Source of the DNA: Cyanobacteria bacterium P01_A01_bin.123
Lineage (GTDB): Bacteria > Cyanobacteriota > Cyanobacteriia > Phormidesmidales > Phormidesmidaceae
DNA: 64,000 bases
Direction of reading: 5' to 3'
Assembly: GCA_039815185.1 (NCBI GenBank)
Contig: JBCBZT010000004.1
Location: forward strand, 64,001 to 128,000
Of the stretch, positions 38,920-48,159 are shown one piece after another; position 1 is the first letter of the stretch, and each line of letters begins with the position of its first letter. A model generated the notes under the pieces. The model searched no databases. It saw only the letters and a program-made list of their open reading frames with translations, and was not told the origin of the DNA. The position numbers and the translations under genes are program-made.

Positions 38920-40602
38920 ATGCGGTATCTCATTACCAGTGCCCTGCCCTACATCAACGGTATCAAGCACCTGGGTAATTTGGTGGGGTCGATGCTGCCC
39001 GCCGATGTCTATGCCCGGTTCCTCAGACAGCAGGGCGAGGAAGTGCTCTATATCTGCGGGACTGATGAACACGGCACACCAGCAGAATTGGCCGCCTTGG
39101 AAGAAAACATGGCTGTGGCCGACTACTGCAAACGCCAGTACGAACGTCAGGCAGAAGTTTATAGCCGCTTTGGCCTTTCGTTTGACCATTTTGGCCGGAC
39201 CTCTTCAGAAGAAAACCGACAGTTAACCCAGCACTTTTATCAAAAGCTCGACGAAAATGGCTACGTCGAAGCCCGGGAGATCAGCCAGGTTTATTCAATT
39301 GAAGACGAACGCTTTTTGCCCGATCGTTATGTTGTCGGTACCTGTCCCAAATGCGGTTATGAAAAGGCCCGGGGGGATCAGTGTGAAAACTGTACATCGG
39401 TCTTAAACCCAACGGATTTAATCAATCCCCGGTCGGCTATCTCCGGCAGCGATCGCGTGGAAGTGCGCAGCAGTCAACACTTATTTTTGCGCCTCGATCA
39501 GCTCAGTGATACCGTGCGCACTTGGGTTGAACAGCAAGACGAATGGCCCACCCTGACCAAATCCATCGCCATGAAGTGGCTGAATGAAGGGCTGCAAAGT
39601 CGTGGTATTACGCGGGATTTGAGTTGGGGTGTGCCTGTGCCGCGTGAGGGGTTTGAGAATAAGGTATTCTACGTCTGGTTCGATGCACCCATCGGCTATC
39701 TGGCCGCGACTAAAGCTTGGGGAACCCAGACCGGGGCCAACTGGCTGGACTGGTGGCAACCTGACGGTGAGGTCAGCTATGTACAGTTCATGGCCAAGGA
39801 TAATCTGCCCTTTCACACCATCATGTGGCCGGCCATGATTTTAGGCACCCAAGAACCCTGGAAGCTGGCTGACTACATTAAAGGCTTCAACTGGTTGAAC
39901 TACTACGGGGGTAAGTTTTCCACCAGTTCTAAACGGGGGGTGTTTTTAGACCAGGCGTTGGAAGTATTACCCGCAGACTATTGGCGCTATATGCTGGTGG
40001 CCTCATCGCCGGAGTCTTCGGATTCGGCCTTCACCTGGGAGCAGCTCCAAATTAAGGTGAATAAAGATCTGGCTGATAACCTGGGCAACTTCGTTAACCG
40101 GATTCTCAAGTTTGCCAACTCTCGCTTTGATGGCAAAATTCCGGCGGGTGGGGAACCGGGAGAGCATGAATCCCAACTGGAAACTACCTGCAAAGTGCTG
40201 ATGGAGACCCTGAGCGGACATCTGCACAACATGGAGTTTCGCAAAGCGGCGGAGGCGTTGTGTGCTTTGTGGACAGCGGGTAACCAGTATATCGACGTGC
40301 GAGCCCCTTGGGCATTGTTTAAGCAGGATAAAGCTGAGGCTGCTCTGGTAATCCGGACGTGCATTAATTTGATTCGGCTTTACGCGATCGCCTCTGCGCC
40401 CTTTATCCCGTTCACAGCTGAGAAGTTGTTTTCAGCCTTAAATCTAAGCACAGCAGAACGAAATACTCCTTTTGCCGAGGCGGTTAATTTCAGCGTGCTG
40501 CAACCCGAACGCACTTTTGAGGTACCGCCGCCACTGTTTCAAAAGATCGACGACGATCGCATTGCTGAGCTTAAAGCTCAATTTGGTGGGGAAGATATTT
40601 AG
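38920..40602 (+). CDS. metG: methionine--tRNA ligase
   Basis: ITSALPYING..HLGN, GTDEHG, CPKC/CENC knuckle, YVWFDAPIGY, KFSTS and the anticodon-binding domain. Confidence 0.95.
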   Translation: MRYLITSALPYINGIKHLGNLVGSMLPADVYARFLRQQGEEVLYICGTDEHGTPAELAALEENMAVADYCKRQYERQAEVYSRFGLSFDHFGRTSSEENRQLTQHFYQKLDENGYVEAREISQVYSIEDERFLPDRYVVGTCPKCGYEKARGDQCENCTSVLNPTDLINPRSAISGSDRVEVRSSQHLFLRLDQLSDTVRTWVEQQDEWPTLTKSIAMKWLNEGLQSRGITRDLSWGVPVPREGFENKVFYVWFDAPIGYLAATKAWGTQTGANWLDWWQPDGEVSYVQFMAKDNLPFHTIMWPAMILGTQEPWKLADYIKGFNWLNYYGGKFSTSSKRGVFLDQALEVLPADYWRYMLVASSPESSDSAFTWEQLQIKVNKDLADNLGNFVNRILKFANSRFDGKIPAGGEPGEHESQLETTCKVLMETLSGHLHNMEFRKAAEALCALWTAGNQYIDVRAPWALFKQDKAEAALVIRTCINLIRLYAIASAPFIPFTAEKLFSALNLSTAERNTPFAEAVNFSVLQPERTFEVPPPLFQKIDDDRIAELKAQFGGEDI

Positions 40603-40747
40603 TGAGTAGGATTAGGTGCAGGCGGCGGCTCGCCTGTGCCCATGCTTAAATCGCTCTAGCTTAAATTTCTTGGATTTATAGGCACTCAAAGCTTTGACCA
40701 TCTGACGATCTTTAAGGTATTTCAAGGATTACAAGGTCTGGAAAGCT

Positions 40748-42283
40748 ATGCGTATCCTCATTGTTAATCCACTCCACCCCGCAATCGGCAGCCGTATTCC
40801 CCGTGAACAGTTGCCCCCCCTGGGGCTGCTCTCAATTGGTGGCCCCCTATTAGATGCGGGTCATGATGTCGCCTTTCTAGATGGTGAACTGGGGCCACTT
40901 GCCGATGCAGAAATTGTTCAGCGAGTCGTCATGCATGACCCCCAGGTGCTGATCATCGGTCATTCTAGATCGACTTCAGCTCACCCGATTGTGGTTGAGC
41001 TTACCTGTCGCTGTCGGGCGGAATTACCCAATCTCACCATCGTCTATGGGGGCCTTTTTCCGACCTATCACTACCGAGATATTCTTGCCTGCGAACCCCA
41101 GATCGATGTGATTGTTCGTGGCGAAGGGGAAGCGACTATCATCAAACTCATGGCTGCGATTGAATCTGGAGATGATCTTGCTGGTGTAGAAGGCATTGCT
41201 TTCCGCTGTGACGGTCAAGTGGTTGAAACATTGCCCGCGCCCATGCTCCAAGATCTGGACGCCTATCGGGTTGGTTGGGAGTTGGTTGATCTGAAACGCT
41301 ATAGCTATTACGGTGGCAAGCCGGCTGTCGTCATGCAATTTTCTCGAGGGTGTCCACACCTGTGTAATTATTGCGGCCAACGAGGTTTCTGGGCGCGTTG
41401 GCGGCACCGCAACCCCCAGAAATTTGCAAAGGAGATCGCTTGGCTCCATCACACGTATGGGGTGGAGTTGTTCAACTTAGCTGATGAAAACCCAACTGTG
41501 AATAAGGCGATCTGGCGTGAGCTATGCGAGGCCATCATCGCTGAAAATATACCGATTACGATTATTGGCTCGACTCGTGCAGATGATATCGTTCGCGATG
41601 CAGATATTTTGCATTTGTACCGTCAGGCAGGGGTTGAACGGTTTTTGTTGGGAATGGAAAATACGAACGAAGCCACGCTCAAGACAATTCGTAAGGGGAG
41701 TGCCACAAATACAGATCGCGAGGCCATTCGGCTGCTGCGGCAGCATGGAATTCTCTCCCTAGCCACTTGGGTCACAGATTTTGAGGCGGTGACTGACCGT
41801 GACTTTCTGCGTGCTTTGCGACAGTTGCTTTGGTACGACCCAGATCAGATTATGTCGCTGTATGTTACTCCCCACCGTTGGACGGGGTATTACCGCATTG
41901 CCTCTGAACGACGGGTAATCCAACTCGATCAGCAGAAGTGGGACTATAAACACCAAGTGCTGGAAACGCTTCATATGGCCCCGTGGCGTATTTTCTTGTG
42001 GGTGAAGTTCATGGAAGTAGTGTTGCAGGCTCGATCCAAAGCGATTTGGCGCGCATTTTTGCAGCCTGATCGGGCGGCTCGACACGGTCAGCGTTGGTTT
42101 ACCCGCATGGGGCGGCGCGTTTTTGTCCATGAGTTTTGGCATTTCTTCTTCCGCGATCGCCGGGTCAGCAACGGCCCCACCCTTGAGCAATTTTGGGGCG
42201 CACCCCAAGATCACCAGGAGATTCCGTTACGCCTGCTTCGGCAGTCTCAAAGACCTGAAAAGTCTGTCGCTTCGAAGGGATAG
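40748..42283 (+). CDS. bchE: B12-binding radical SAM enzyme, BchE (anaerobic Mg-protoporphyrin monomethyl ester cyclase)-like
   Basis: N-terminal cobalamin-binding domain, SRGCPHLCNYC (CxxxCxxC), LADENPT, TRADDIVRDADIL. The exact function is uncertain. Confidence 0.55.
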   Translation: MRILIVNPLHPAIGSRIPREQLPPLGLLSIGGPLLDAGHDVAFLDGELGPLADAEIVQRVVMHDPQVLIIGHSRSTSAHPIVVELTCRCRAELPNLTIVYGGLFPTYHYRDILACEPQIDVIVRGEGEATIIKLMAAIESGDDLAGVEGIAFRCDGQVVETLPAPMLQDLDAYRVGWELVDLKRYSYYGGKPAVVMQFSRGCPHLCNYCGQRGFWARWRHRNPQKFAKEIAWLHHTYGVELFNLADENPTVNKAIWRELCEAIIAENIPITIIGSTRADDIVRDADILHLYRQAGVERFLLGMENTNEATLKTIRKGSATNTDREAIRLLRQHGILSLATWVTDFEAVTDRDFLRALRQLLWYDPDQIMSLYVTPHRWTGYYRIASERRVIQLDQQKWDYKHQVLETLHMAPWRIFLWVKFMEVVLQARSKAIWRAFLQPDRAARHGQRWFTRMGRRVFVHEFWHFFFRDRRVSNGPTLEQFWGAPQDHQEIPLRLLRQSQRPEKSVASKG

Positions 42284-42351
42284 CATCAGGGTTTTTGTCA
42301 AATTGCTAAAAGCTCTAAGAAAAAAGAAAGCGACCGCCAACATTTGCCTTG

Positions 42352-42969
42352 CTACTCTAAGGAATCAAACAATTTGTCTTCTAATTGCAGATGAATTTGC
42401 TGGAATTCTTCAGGGGTCAACAACTCAGTGCGCCCATCTTGATTTTGTTGAGCAAAAAACAACAGTGGTTCTAGGGGAGTGCAGATAGTATATTCCTTAT
42501 TTTCGTGGAAAAAGGTGGCTAGGATTTGAAACTCTTCAGCTTCCAGATCGGGGACTTCGTCGTCACCCAACTCCAAAGTAAAGCAGTTATCCTCATTAGC
42601 TTCGGGCACTTCTCCAGTTGCCGTTAGGGTGAGGGCAGACTGTAACAGGAACAAATTTTGCTCAGAAAGCACGGCTTTGGCAGAGGGTAGCAGCGCTTCA
42701 ATATCGGTTTCTTCAATGTCCATTAACACTTCATCATCGGAGGTGTCGTCAGCCTGCCACATGAAAATCTCGATAGGCGTATCCAGGGGCATCAAGATGA
42801 GGTAGCGTGTGTCTTCCAAGTCAATGGTTTGCTCAACTGAGCAAGGCAACGATCGGCCTGATTCATCCACTAAAACAATTCCGGGTTCGTCCATCTCACT
42901 CGCAATGGGGGTCATGCTAGGGGCTAACCAATCAGGCAAAGCAAAGTCTTCAAAGCCCGTATTGCCCAA
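42352..42969 (-). CDS. DUF3727 domain protein
   Basis: GRSLPCSVE, LMPLDTP, SALTLTATG, YTICTPLEPLLF. Usual position after ruvX. Confidence 0.8.
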   Translation of the reverse strand: MGNTGFEDFALPDWLAPSMTPIASEMDEPGIVLVDESGRSLPCSVEQTIDLEDTRYLILMPLDTPIEIFMWQADDTSDDEVLMDIEETDIEALLPSAKAVLSEQNLFLLQSALTLTATGEVPEANEDNCFTLELGDDEVPDLEAEEFQILATFFHENKEYTICTPLEPLLFFAQQNQDGRTELLTPEEFQQIHLQLEDKLFDSLE

Positions 42970-42984
42970 AACATATCGAGTCCT

Positions 42985-43404
42985 CTATCTTGCCCTGCGA
43001 CTATCTAACCACTGCTGCAAAATAATTGCGGCGGCTTTGCGGTCAATCATCGCTTTGTTACGAGATGGAGAGCGATTTTCTGCAATCATCATTTGCTCAG
43101 CCTGGAAGGATGTCAGCCGTTCGTCTGTGTATTCTACAGGGAGCTGTAATGCCTTAGAAAGGCGGTGAGCTAGCTTTTGGACTTGTTTTGCCTGAAAGCC
43201 AAGCTTACCATCCATTGAGTAGGGTAAGCCAACCACCAGAATCTCAACCGTCCGGTCTGCAACGATTTCTTTGAGATCGACGACTAATCCATCAAAGGAA
43301 CGCCATTCTAATGTGGTTAGACCAGATGCAATCAAACCTGTGCGGTCACACCCTGCGACGCCGATTCGTTTGCGACCAATATCTAGGCCAAGGGCTGAAA
43401 CCAC
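42985..43404 (-). CDS. ruvX: RuvX/YqgF nuclease
   Basis: LGLDIGRKRIGVA, VVGLP, DERLTS, IDRKAAAIILQ. Confidence 0.95.
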   Translation of the reverse strand: MVSALGLDIGRKRIGVAGCDRTGLIASGLTTLEWRSFDGLVVDLKEIVADRTVEILVVGLPYSMDGKLGFQAKQVQKLAHRLSKALQLPVEYTDERLTSFQAEQMMIAENRSPSRNKAMIDRKAAAIILQQWLDSRRAR

Positions 43405-43424
43405 AGCAGAGACTAATCCAGATG

Positions 43425-44720
43425 CTAATTGAGTGGTGGGTCAACAGGGTTGCGATCGCCCACTTCCTGACTTTCTAAACCTGCTGCAACGTCAGGATTA
43501 GCCTTGAGTCGTCGCTGTTTTCTCGGCGCTGACGGGCTATGGGCTCCTTTTGCGGAACTCCCGTTAGATGCTGGCAGCGAACCTTGATCAGCGAGCCAAG
43601 ACAGTCGACTCGGGATGGGCTTGCCCGCTGGCTGTAATCCTTGTAAGACATCTGAAAGCTGTAGCCCTTCCAAGGACATAGGCCGCGACTCTCGCAGCTT
43701 GTGCCAAACCGAACGAGACATCATCAAGCTATGGGCCACCTGCGTAGCACCCACCCGAGATAAATATTCTTCACGCTCGGTTTGATAATCATGGGACGCC
43801 AAACTCAAAGACTGATCGGGGAAAGACTGTAACACTCTAGCCATCTGAGCAATCAGCTCAGGATATAGCCAAGTGTAGGCCGGGTGAACAGTGAGTTGAG
43901 CGGTATGGGGTGCAGTGCCCTTACGATTAATCGTCAGGCGAAAATGCCCAATAGCGGCTTTGCGCTGGGGTTCAAACACATAGGCGCTGATGGTCTCTGT
44001 ATGGTGTGCCCAGTGGTTAAACCCATGGGTAATGGTTTGCATGGGGTTGACCTTAAAATCTTGAATTTGGTGGTCAAACACCTGGCGCACTAAGGGTGGC
44101 ATCGAGGCTGTATCAAGCTGATAAAGCAGTTGGGCATCAGCGTTACTAACTGGCAGCAGGTTGGGCAGATCGGGTTCGCGAGCTGCTAGGGAGGCCAGTA
44201 ATTCGGCTTCCATCGACCAGTATGCTACCTGGGCCAAGGGCTGAAACCCATTCTGGCGATACAGTGCTAGGGCTGATTTATGATTAACGTCGACTTCAAT
44301 TAACCAGGTTCGAGCTTCCCAAATTTTTTCAAAGCAGTAGCGTAGTAGTTGGGATCCAACGTCATTTAAGAGGTTTGCTCCCAATTCTGGGGGCAAAGCA
44401 GAATTTATGGCAACGTGTTCCACTTGCCAAGTGCTTTTGGTTCGATTAAAAGGAGAGACGTGGATCACGCCGCAAAGCTGCCCTGACTTTTCGGCGACAT
44501 AAGCCGTCATCAAACGCTGGAGTGGATTGGGGAAGAGACTCAGTAGCTTCAGGGGCCCATACCAGCGCTTGACCTGATCTAAACGCCGTATCGACCGTTG
44601 AGGCTCGGCAATTTTGCCCGATTCGATACCACCATCACAGTGCTCAAGGGTATCTAAATCGCGGTATTGAATCGGACGAATGATAATTTCCGAGGACGCC
44701 GATGGCGTGACGTTAGACAT
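43425..44720 (-). CDS. GNAT family N-acetyltransferase
   Basis: VGSQLLRYC...ALALYRQNGF. Conserved cyanobacterial gene upstream of ruvX. Confidence 0.85.
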   Translation of the reverse strand: MSNVTPSASSEIIIRPIQYRDLDTLEHCDGGIESGKIAEPQRSIRRLDQVKRWYGPLKLLSLFPNPLQRLMTAYVAEKSGQLCGVIHVSPFNRTKSTWQVEHVAINSALPPELGANLLNDVGSQLLRYCFEKIWEARTWLIEVDVNHKSALALYRQNGFQPLAQVAYWSMEAELLASLAAREPDLPNLLPVSNADAQLLYQLDTASMPPLVRQVFDHQIQDFKVNPMQTITHGFNHWAHHTETISAYVFEPQRKAAIGHFRLTINRKGTAPHTAQLTVHPAYTWLYPELIAQMARVLQSFPDQSLSLASHDYQTEREEYLSRVGATQVAHSLMMSRSVWHKLRESRPMSLEGLQLSDVLQGLQPAGKPIPSRLSWLADQGSLPASNGSSAKGAHSPSAPRKQRRLKANPDVAAGLESQEVGDRNPVDPPLN

Positions 44721-45013
44721 GCGAAAAGCGATTAGCAATTACTTGTAAGTGGCAGTACCCTCGGGCATACCCTGGATAATCAGCAGCATACCTTCAAATT
44801 ACGGATGGGGCATTGTTGATTACATTGTTTCTATGATAGCGGTTCGTCATCCCGGTGGGCGATTCAAGCAATCATGACAAGGGCGTCCCTGGATATCTGT
44901 AAAACGTGTTTACAAAACTTATAAACTAGGGCAGGATTTTAATCGTGGCGTTCTCAAAGGATGCCGGTTTACAAGTGCCTTACTTATAGGGCTTCTTCAA
45001 GAGGGAATTTGTC

Positions 45014-45958
45014 ATGTCGAGACTGGCCGCGATTGAACGATATTGCCTCATTGGTCATGGTGTGTCCATGGCCTTTGGGCTAGCTGGGCTGCTGTGGGTC
45101 ATGCCCAACCCCGAATTTTTGCAGCATATACCGGCGGGGCCAACTTTGTTCACCTGGAGTATGGCCGGGGGAGGCGTGATATACATAGCCCTCGGTGCGA
45201 TCGCGGTGGCGCTCTATGCTTATCGCACTTTGGGTTTGAAGTCCCTGTTAGCGTTTATGGTGCCTGCGATTGCGGTTTCCCTGGCAAGTGAACTGTTGGG
45301 CACTAGCACTGGCTTTCCCTTTGGGGATTACAGCTATCTGAATGGTCTGGGCTATAAAATTTCAGGCTTGGTGCCTTTTACCATTCCCCTATCCTGGTTT
45401 TACTTGGGGTTGTCAGCCTATTTACTGGCCCGGACTGGGTTGCTAACCCAACAGCGCCAGCGCCAAGGGGCTGGGCTACCTGCTTGGGTTTGGCAGTTGA
45501 GCTGTTTAATCTTGGGTGCTGGATTGTTGACGGCTTGGGACTTTGTATTGGATCCAGCAATGAGCCAAACGGCAATGCCGTTTTGGTTTTGGCACCAGCC
45601 GGGCGATTTCTTTGGCATGCCTTACCAAAATTTTGCGGGATGGTTGGGAACCGGAATGGTCTTTATGGCGATCGCAGCATTTCTCTGGCGCAAAGATGAT
45701 CGTACAGTCACCCTCAGTCGGTCTCAAGTTATCGTTCCGCTGGTGGTTTATTTGCTGAACTTTGGATTTGCTACAGCTATGAGCTTGGCCAGTGGAATTT
45801 TTGTGCCGGTGCTCTTAGGCCTGCTGGTAGGTGCAGTCCCTGCACTCGTCTGTTGGTGGTGGGCTGATGCCTCAGATATGGTTACGGTTCCCTCATCAGT
45901 TGATGCGGCTGAGTTTGAACCGACACCCTCTGCAATTGCAGGAGCGATGACTAAGTGA
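45014..45958 (+). CDS. cruF: gamma-carotene 1'-hydroxylase
   Basis: SELLGTSTGFPFGDYSY, VPFTIPLSWFY, WDFVLDPAM, GMPYQNFAGW. Paired with cruG. Confidence 0.9.
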   Translation: MSRLAAIERYCLIGHGVSMAFGLAGLLWVMPNPEFLQHIPAGPTLFTWSMAGGGVIYIALGAIAVALYAYRTLGLKSLLAFMVPAIAVSLASELLGTSTGFPFGDYSYLNGLGYKISGLVPFTIPLSWFYLGLSAYLLARTGLLTQQRQRQGAGLPAWVWQLSCLILGAGLLTAWDFVLDPAMSQTAMPFWFWHQPGDFFGMPYQNFAGWLGTGMVFMAIAAFLWRKDDRTVTLSRSQVIVPLVVYLLNFGFATAMSLASGIFVPVLLGLLVGAVPALVCWWWADASDMVTVPSSVDAAEFEPTPSAIAGAMTK

Positions 45959-47199
45959 TTGTCCCGTTCTGCTGGATTGGTCTGGCAGCACTAGATGCAG
46001 GTCAAGGCGTAGAGGCCAGTGGCTTGGCGTTACTTCTCTTGCTCTATCAGTTACCAGCGGTCTTCCTGCTCTTGTCTCGACTCATGCAGGGCCCAGTTCG
46101 CCGCCCGCCACTGTTAACACTACCTCCAACGCTAGATCTGATTGGCAGCGTTTCGGTCGTCGTACCCACCCTAAATGAAGCCCACCGTATTGCGCCTTGT
46201 TTGGCTGGGTTAGGGCGTCAAGGCTATGAGGTGCGTGAAATTTTAGTGGTAGACAGCCGCTCTACAGATGGAACCGTTGACCGAGTTAAAGCTGCTGCTA
46301 TGCGTGACCCCCGGTTTCGCCTGATTACGGATGATCCGTTACCCAAAGGGTGGGTCGGGCGGCCTTGGGCGTTGCATACAGGTTTTTTGCACAGTTCAAG
46401 CCGTAGCCTTTGGGTATTGGGGATTGATGCTGATACCCAACCTCAACCGGGCCTGATTAGTAGCTTGGTACAGGCAGCTGAAGCTGCGGATTATGACTTA
46501 GTCTCCTTATCTCCCCGTTTCGTTCTCAAACAGTTCGGAGAATTATGGTTGCAACCCGCCTTGCTGATGACGCTGGTTTATCGCTTTGGCCCAGCGGGTA
46601 ATCAGGGGGGGATGATCGAACGGGTGATGGCCAATGGTCAATGCTTTTTGTGTCGCCGCACTCTGCTGGAAACCTTAGATGGCTACACCACTGCCCGGTC
46701 TTCCTTTTGTGATGATGTGACCCTGGCTCGCAATGCTGCTCAGTTGGGGGCTAAGGTTGGTTTTTGGGACGGATCTAAGCTGCTCAAGGTCCGGATGTAT
46801 GAAGGGGCCATAGAAACCTGGCGGGAATGGGGGCGATCGCTGGATTTGAAAGATGCGGCCTCTTTTCAACAAACTTGGGGAGATATCTGGTTTCTCTCGG
46901 CGATTCAGGCTTTGCCCTGGTTGACCCTACCGCTGCTGCTTTGGGGCTGGACCCTAGGACAACCCCACTGGCCTGTGACGGTAGCCTTAGGGCTTAATGG
47001 GGCCTTAATTGCAGTGCGGGTTGCTTTACAGGGTGCGATTGCACCGTCCTATGATTTGGCTCAGGCAGATGGACAACAATGGGCCTTCTGGCTCTCGCCC
47101 CTGGCCGATCCGTTAGCAACACTACGGATTATGATCTCTGCCCTCAAAACCCCAACTCAGTGGCGTGGACGCCATTACGAAAGAGAAATAGGGGATTAG
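45955..47199 (+). CDS. cruG: carotenoid 2'-O-glycosyltransferase
   Basis: GT2 motifs VVVPTLNE, GWVGRPWAL, DAD, ANGQC, DDVTLA. Overlaps the cruF stop. Confidence 0.9.
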   Translation: MIVPFCWIGLAALDAGQGVEASGLALLLLLYQLPAVFLLLSRLMQGPVRRPPLLTLPPTLDLIGSVSVVVPTLNEAHRIAPCLAGLGRQGYEVREILVVDSRSTDGTVDRVKAAAMRDPRFRLITDDPLPKGWVGRPWALHTGFLHSSSRSLWVLGIDADTQPQPGLISSLVQAAEAADYDLVSLSPRFVLKQFGELWLQPALLMTLVYRFGPAGNQGGMIERVMANGQCFLCRRTLLETLDGYTTARSSFCDDVTLARNAAQLGAKVGFWDGSKLLKVRMYEGAIETWREWGRSLDLKDAASFQQTWGDIWFLSAIQALPWLTLPLLLWGWTLGQPHWPVTVALGLNGALIAVRVALQGAIAPSYDLAQADGQQWAFWLSPLADPLATLRIMISALKTPTQWRGRHYEREIGD

Positions 47200-47204
47200 C
47201 AAGC

Positions 47205-47236
47205 AAAAAAAATGCCCAGACTAATCGCCTGAGCAA
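47205..47236 (-). terminator. intrinsic terminator on the minus strand
   Basis: TGCTCAG-GCGATTAGT-CTGGGCA followed by a T8 run. Confidence 0.7.
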
Positions 47237-47360
47237 GGAGTTGAAATCATAAAACGCAACTTAACAGTATCAGGTGTCAGCCTATCGTGGGGGTAACATA
47301 GGCAACATAAAGTATGCTGTATACGCTTCAGACTGGGTGAGACATCTAACTCTGGGCTAA

Positions 47361-47465
47361 CATAGCCGTAGCCACAAAGCTTTGTGCGCTACGGCGAGCC
47401 AGATTGCTTGTGTGTTGAGCATCCCAGCGATACTAGGTGCATTAAGCAATCTGGCCAGCGCTATA
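47361..47465 (+). repeat. 105-bp dispersed structured repeat, full copy with flanking direct repeat
   Basis: Near-identical to 2647-2751. Flanked by AACTCTGGGCTAA and AATTCTGGGCTAA. Confidence 0.92.
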
Positions 47466-47473
47466 ATTCTGGG

Positions 47474-48139
47474 CTAATTGTCTTGGGGCGCTTCACCACC
47501 ACTATCCGGTGGATTCGGATTAGCGTCTGGATTATCTGAGCCAGTCTCCGGAGAGAATAAATCGTCATTGCTGGGTAGCGGAGCGGTTGGAGCAGGATTC
47601 GTCTCCCCTGGAAACGGTGATGGTGAACCGTTGAGCAAATCGTTGAGGTCGTTATTGAGGTCATCAAGGTTTTGTTGATCATTGCCATCGGGTTGCTGCA
47701 GCTGATCGAGCCCTGCGGGTAGGGTGGCTAAGGCTACGCGATCGCCGCCGACTGAACGCAGCAAATCTAAGACCTGAATCACATCGGCATAGCGAGCATC
47801 TCGAGCGGCATTGAGCACAATCAAGCCATTGGGGGAGGTTTGCTGATGCTGAATCAACACATCAAACAGCAAATTCAAGCTAACCGGTTGCTGATCGATA
47901 TAGACTTGCCCTCGGTCATCCAAGCTGACATAGAGCTTTTCGCTACCTGTTTCAGTTAACCCCTGTCCAGGAATGGGGGCGCCTGTACTTGCTGACGGCA
48001 AATCTAAACTGATCGCCTGTTGCCGGGTGAGCCCAACCGCTGCCAGAATAAAAAAGGTCAAAATGCAGAAGATGACATCGATCAGCGGCAAAATCTCAAT
48101 CCGAATATCTTCATTGCCCGAGTCAAGATCTAGTTTCAT
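47474..48139 (-). CDS. exbD: biopolymer transporter ExbD
   Basis: IEILPLIDVIFCILTFFIL transmembrane motif, LDLPSA, YADVIQVLDLLRSVGGDRVALAT. Confidence 0.9.
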   Translation of the reverse strand: MKLDLDSGNEDIRIEILPLIDVIFCILTFFILAAVGLTRQQAISLDLPSASTGAPIPGQGLTETGSEKLYVSLDDRGQVYIDQQPVSLNLLFDVLIQHQQTSPNGLIVLNAARDARYADVIQVLDLLRSVGGDRVALATLPAGLDQLQQPDGNDQQNLDDLNNDLNDLLNGSPSPFPGETNPAPTAPLPSNDDLFSPETGSDNPDANPNPPDSGGEAPQDN

Positions 48140-48159
48140 GGCGGCGGTAATTCCTTACG

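Noticed and set aside
44909..44927. HLR1 site upstream of cruF
   Set aside because: The second half-site is degenerate and out of register.
47313..47325. NtcA site (also near 62013)
   Set aside because: The spacing is GTA-N7-TAC rather than the required N8.
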